This document shows positions 63,407 to 64,000 of a stretch of DNA of 64,000 bases, one piece after another. This stretch comes from Takakia lepidozioides. Lineage: Eukaryota; Plantae; Bryophyta. Under the pieces are notes generated by a model. That model was not told where the DNA came from. It searched no databases and worked only from the letters and a program-made list of their open reading frames with translations. The position numbers were made by a program, and so were the translations under genes. Location of the stretch: the NCBI GenBank assembly GCA_030704615.1, contig CM060731.1, positions 45,942,001 to 46,006,000 on the forward strand, in the 5' to 3' direction. The first letter of the stretch is position 1. Each line of letters begins with the position of its first letter.

Positions 63407-64000
63407 GTTTTAAATTCTATACACCCTTCCTGCGTGCACAGTGTGAGTCACTTTACCGTTCACCAGCTCTATAGCCGGCTCGCCTCAGGTATCAGACAGG
63501 TATATAAAGAAGACAAGTCTCAGGTGGTAGACTGACTAGTGGTAACTAAACCAGTAACAGGGCAAGGTTAGTATACTGTGATTCGTCATGATCGTATTGA
63601 TCAGCATATCTTATACTATAAGCTGCGATGCTAGATCATGCCGTTCCAGACTGGTATGAGTTGGCTCTTCCTGCATGACGGAATTCTCCTGCAGCAGTTG
63701 ATGTCTTCTACCATCATAGACGCAGAGGCCAGTGATAGATCTACTAAATACCAGTTACGTTGTAAAGTGCGACCCCGAAGCACTGTCCCCTGCTTGGTAT
63801 CACTTCCAGATCCTGGAAAAAGCAAGGTTCCTGCACCGACATATAATTATGATACATGTACGTATTAAAGAAATTTGCAGTGGTCCTTTCAGCGGGCCTT
63901 TCAGAGAGTCTTGCCCAAGACACTGAAATTATTCATATTCAGTCCACGATGCACACACTGGTTTCCGTAAATTGCTGGCCAGTCTTCGGGAGTTTGTCAG

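Overview
Eukaryotic, repeat-rich plant nuclear DNA, most likely from an early-diverging land plant (moss-type PLS-PPR motifs, algal-like retroelements); the host species cannot be determined from the sequence. Left to right: a decayed LINE, a truncated Ty3/gypsy 5' end, a PIF/Harbinger remnant plus a Tourist MITE, a four-gene cluster of PLS-class PPR RNA-editing factors (one intact PLS-E-DYW, one intact PLS-E, two pseudogenes), a SINE and a second LINE. Then comes a minus-strand Ty3/gypsy element whose polyprotein frame reads gag-protease-DNMT3-like C5 cytosine methyltransferase-[TAG CAA CCA]-RT-RNaseH-integrase-PHD finger, with a deleted copy of itself nested in its gag. Further right lie a hairpin repeat array and a scrambled region where PPR(-DYW) pseudogenes are fused to, or interleaved with, OSB-type 'PDF' ssDNA-binding modules, partly carried inside a Pack-CACTA that also captured sugar-transporter exons. 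The window ends with MITEs and the 5' end of a GH1 beta-glucosidase. Top leads: (1) the methyltransferase+PHD retrotransposon with a possible stop-codon readthrough signal; (2) the PDF-PPR(-DYW) fusion family; (3) the Pack-CACTA.
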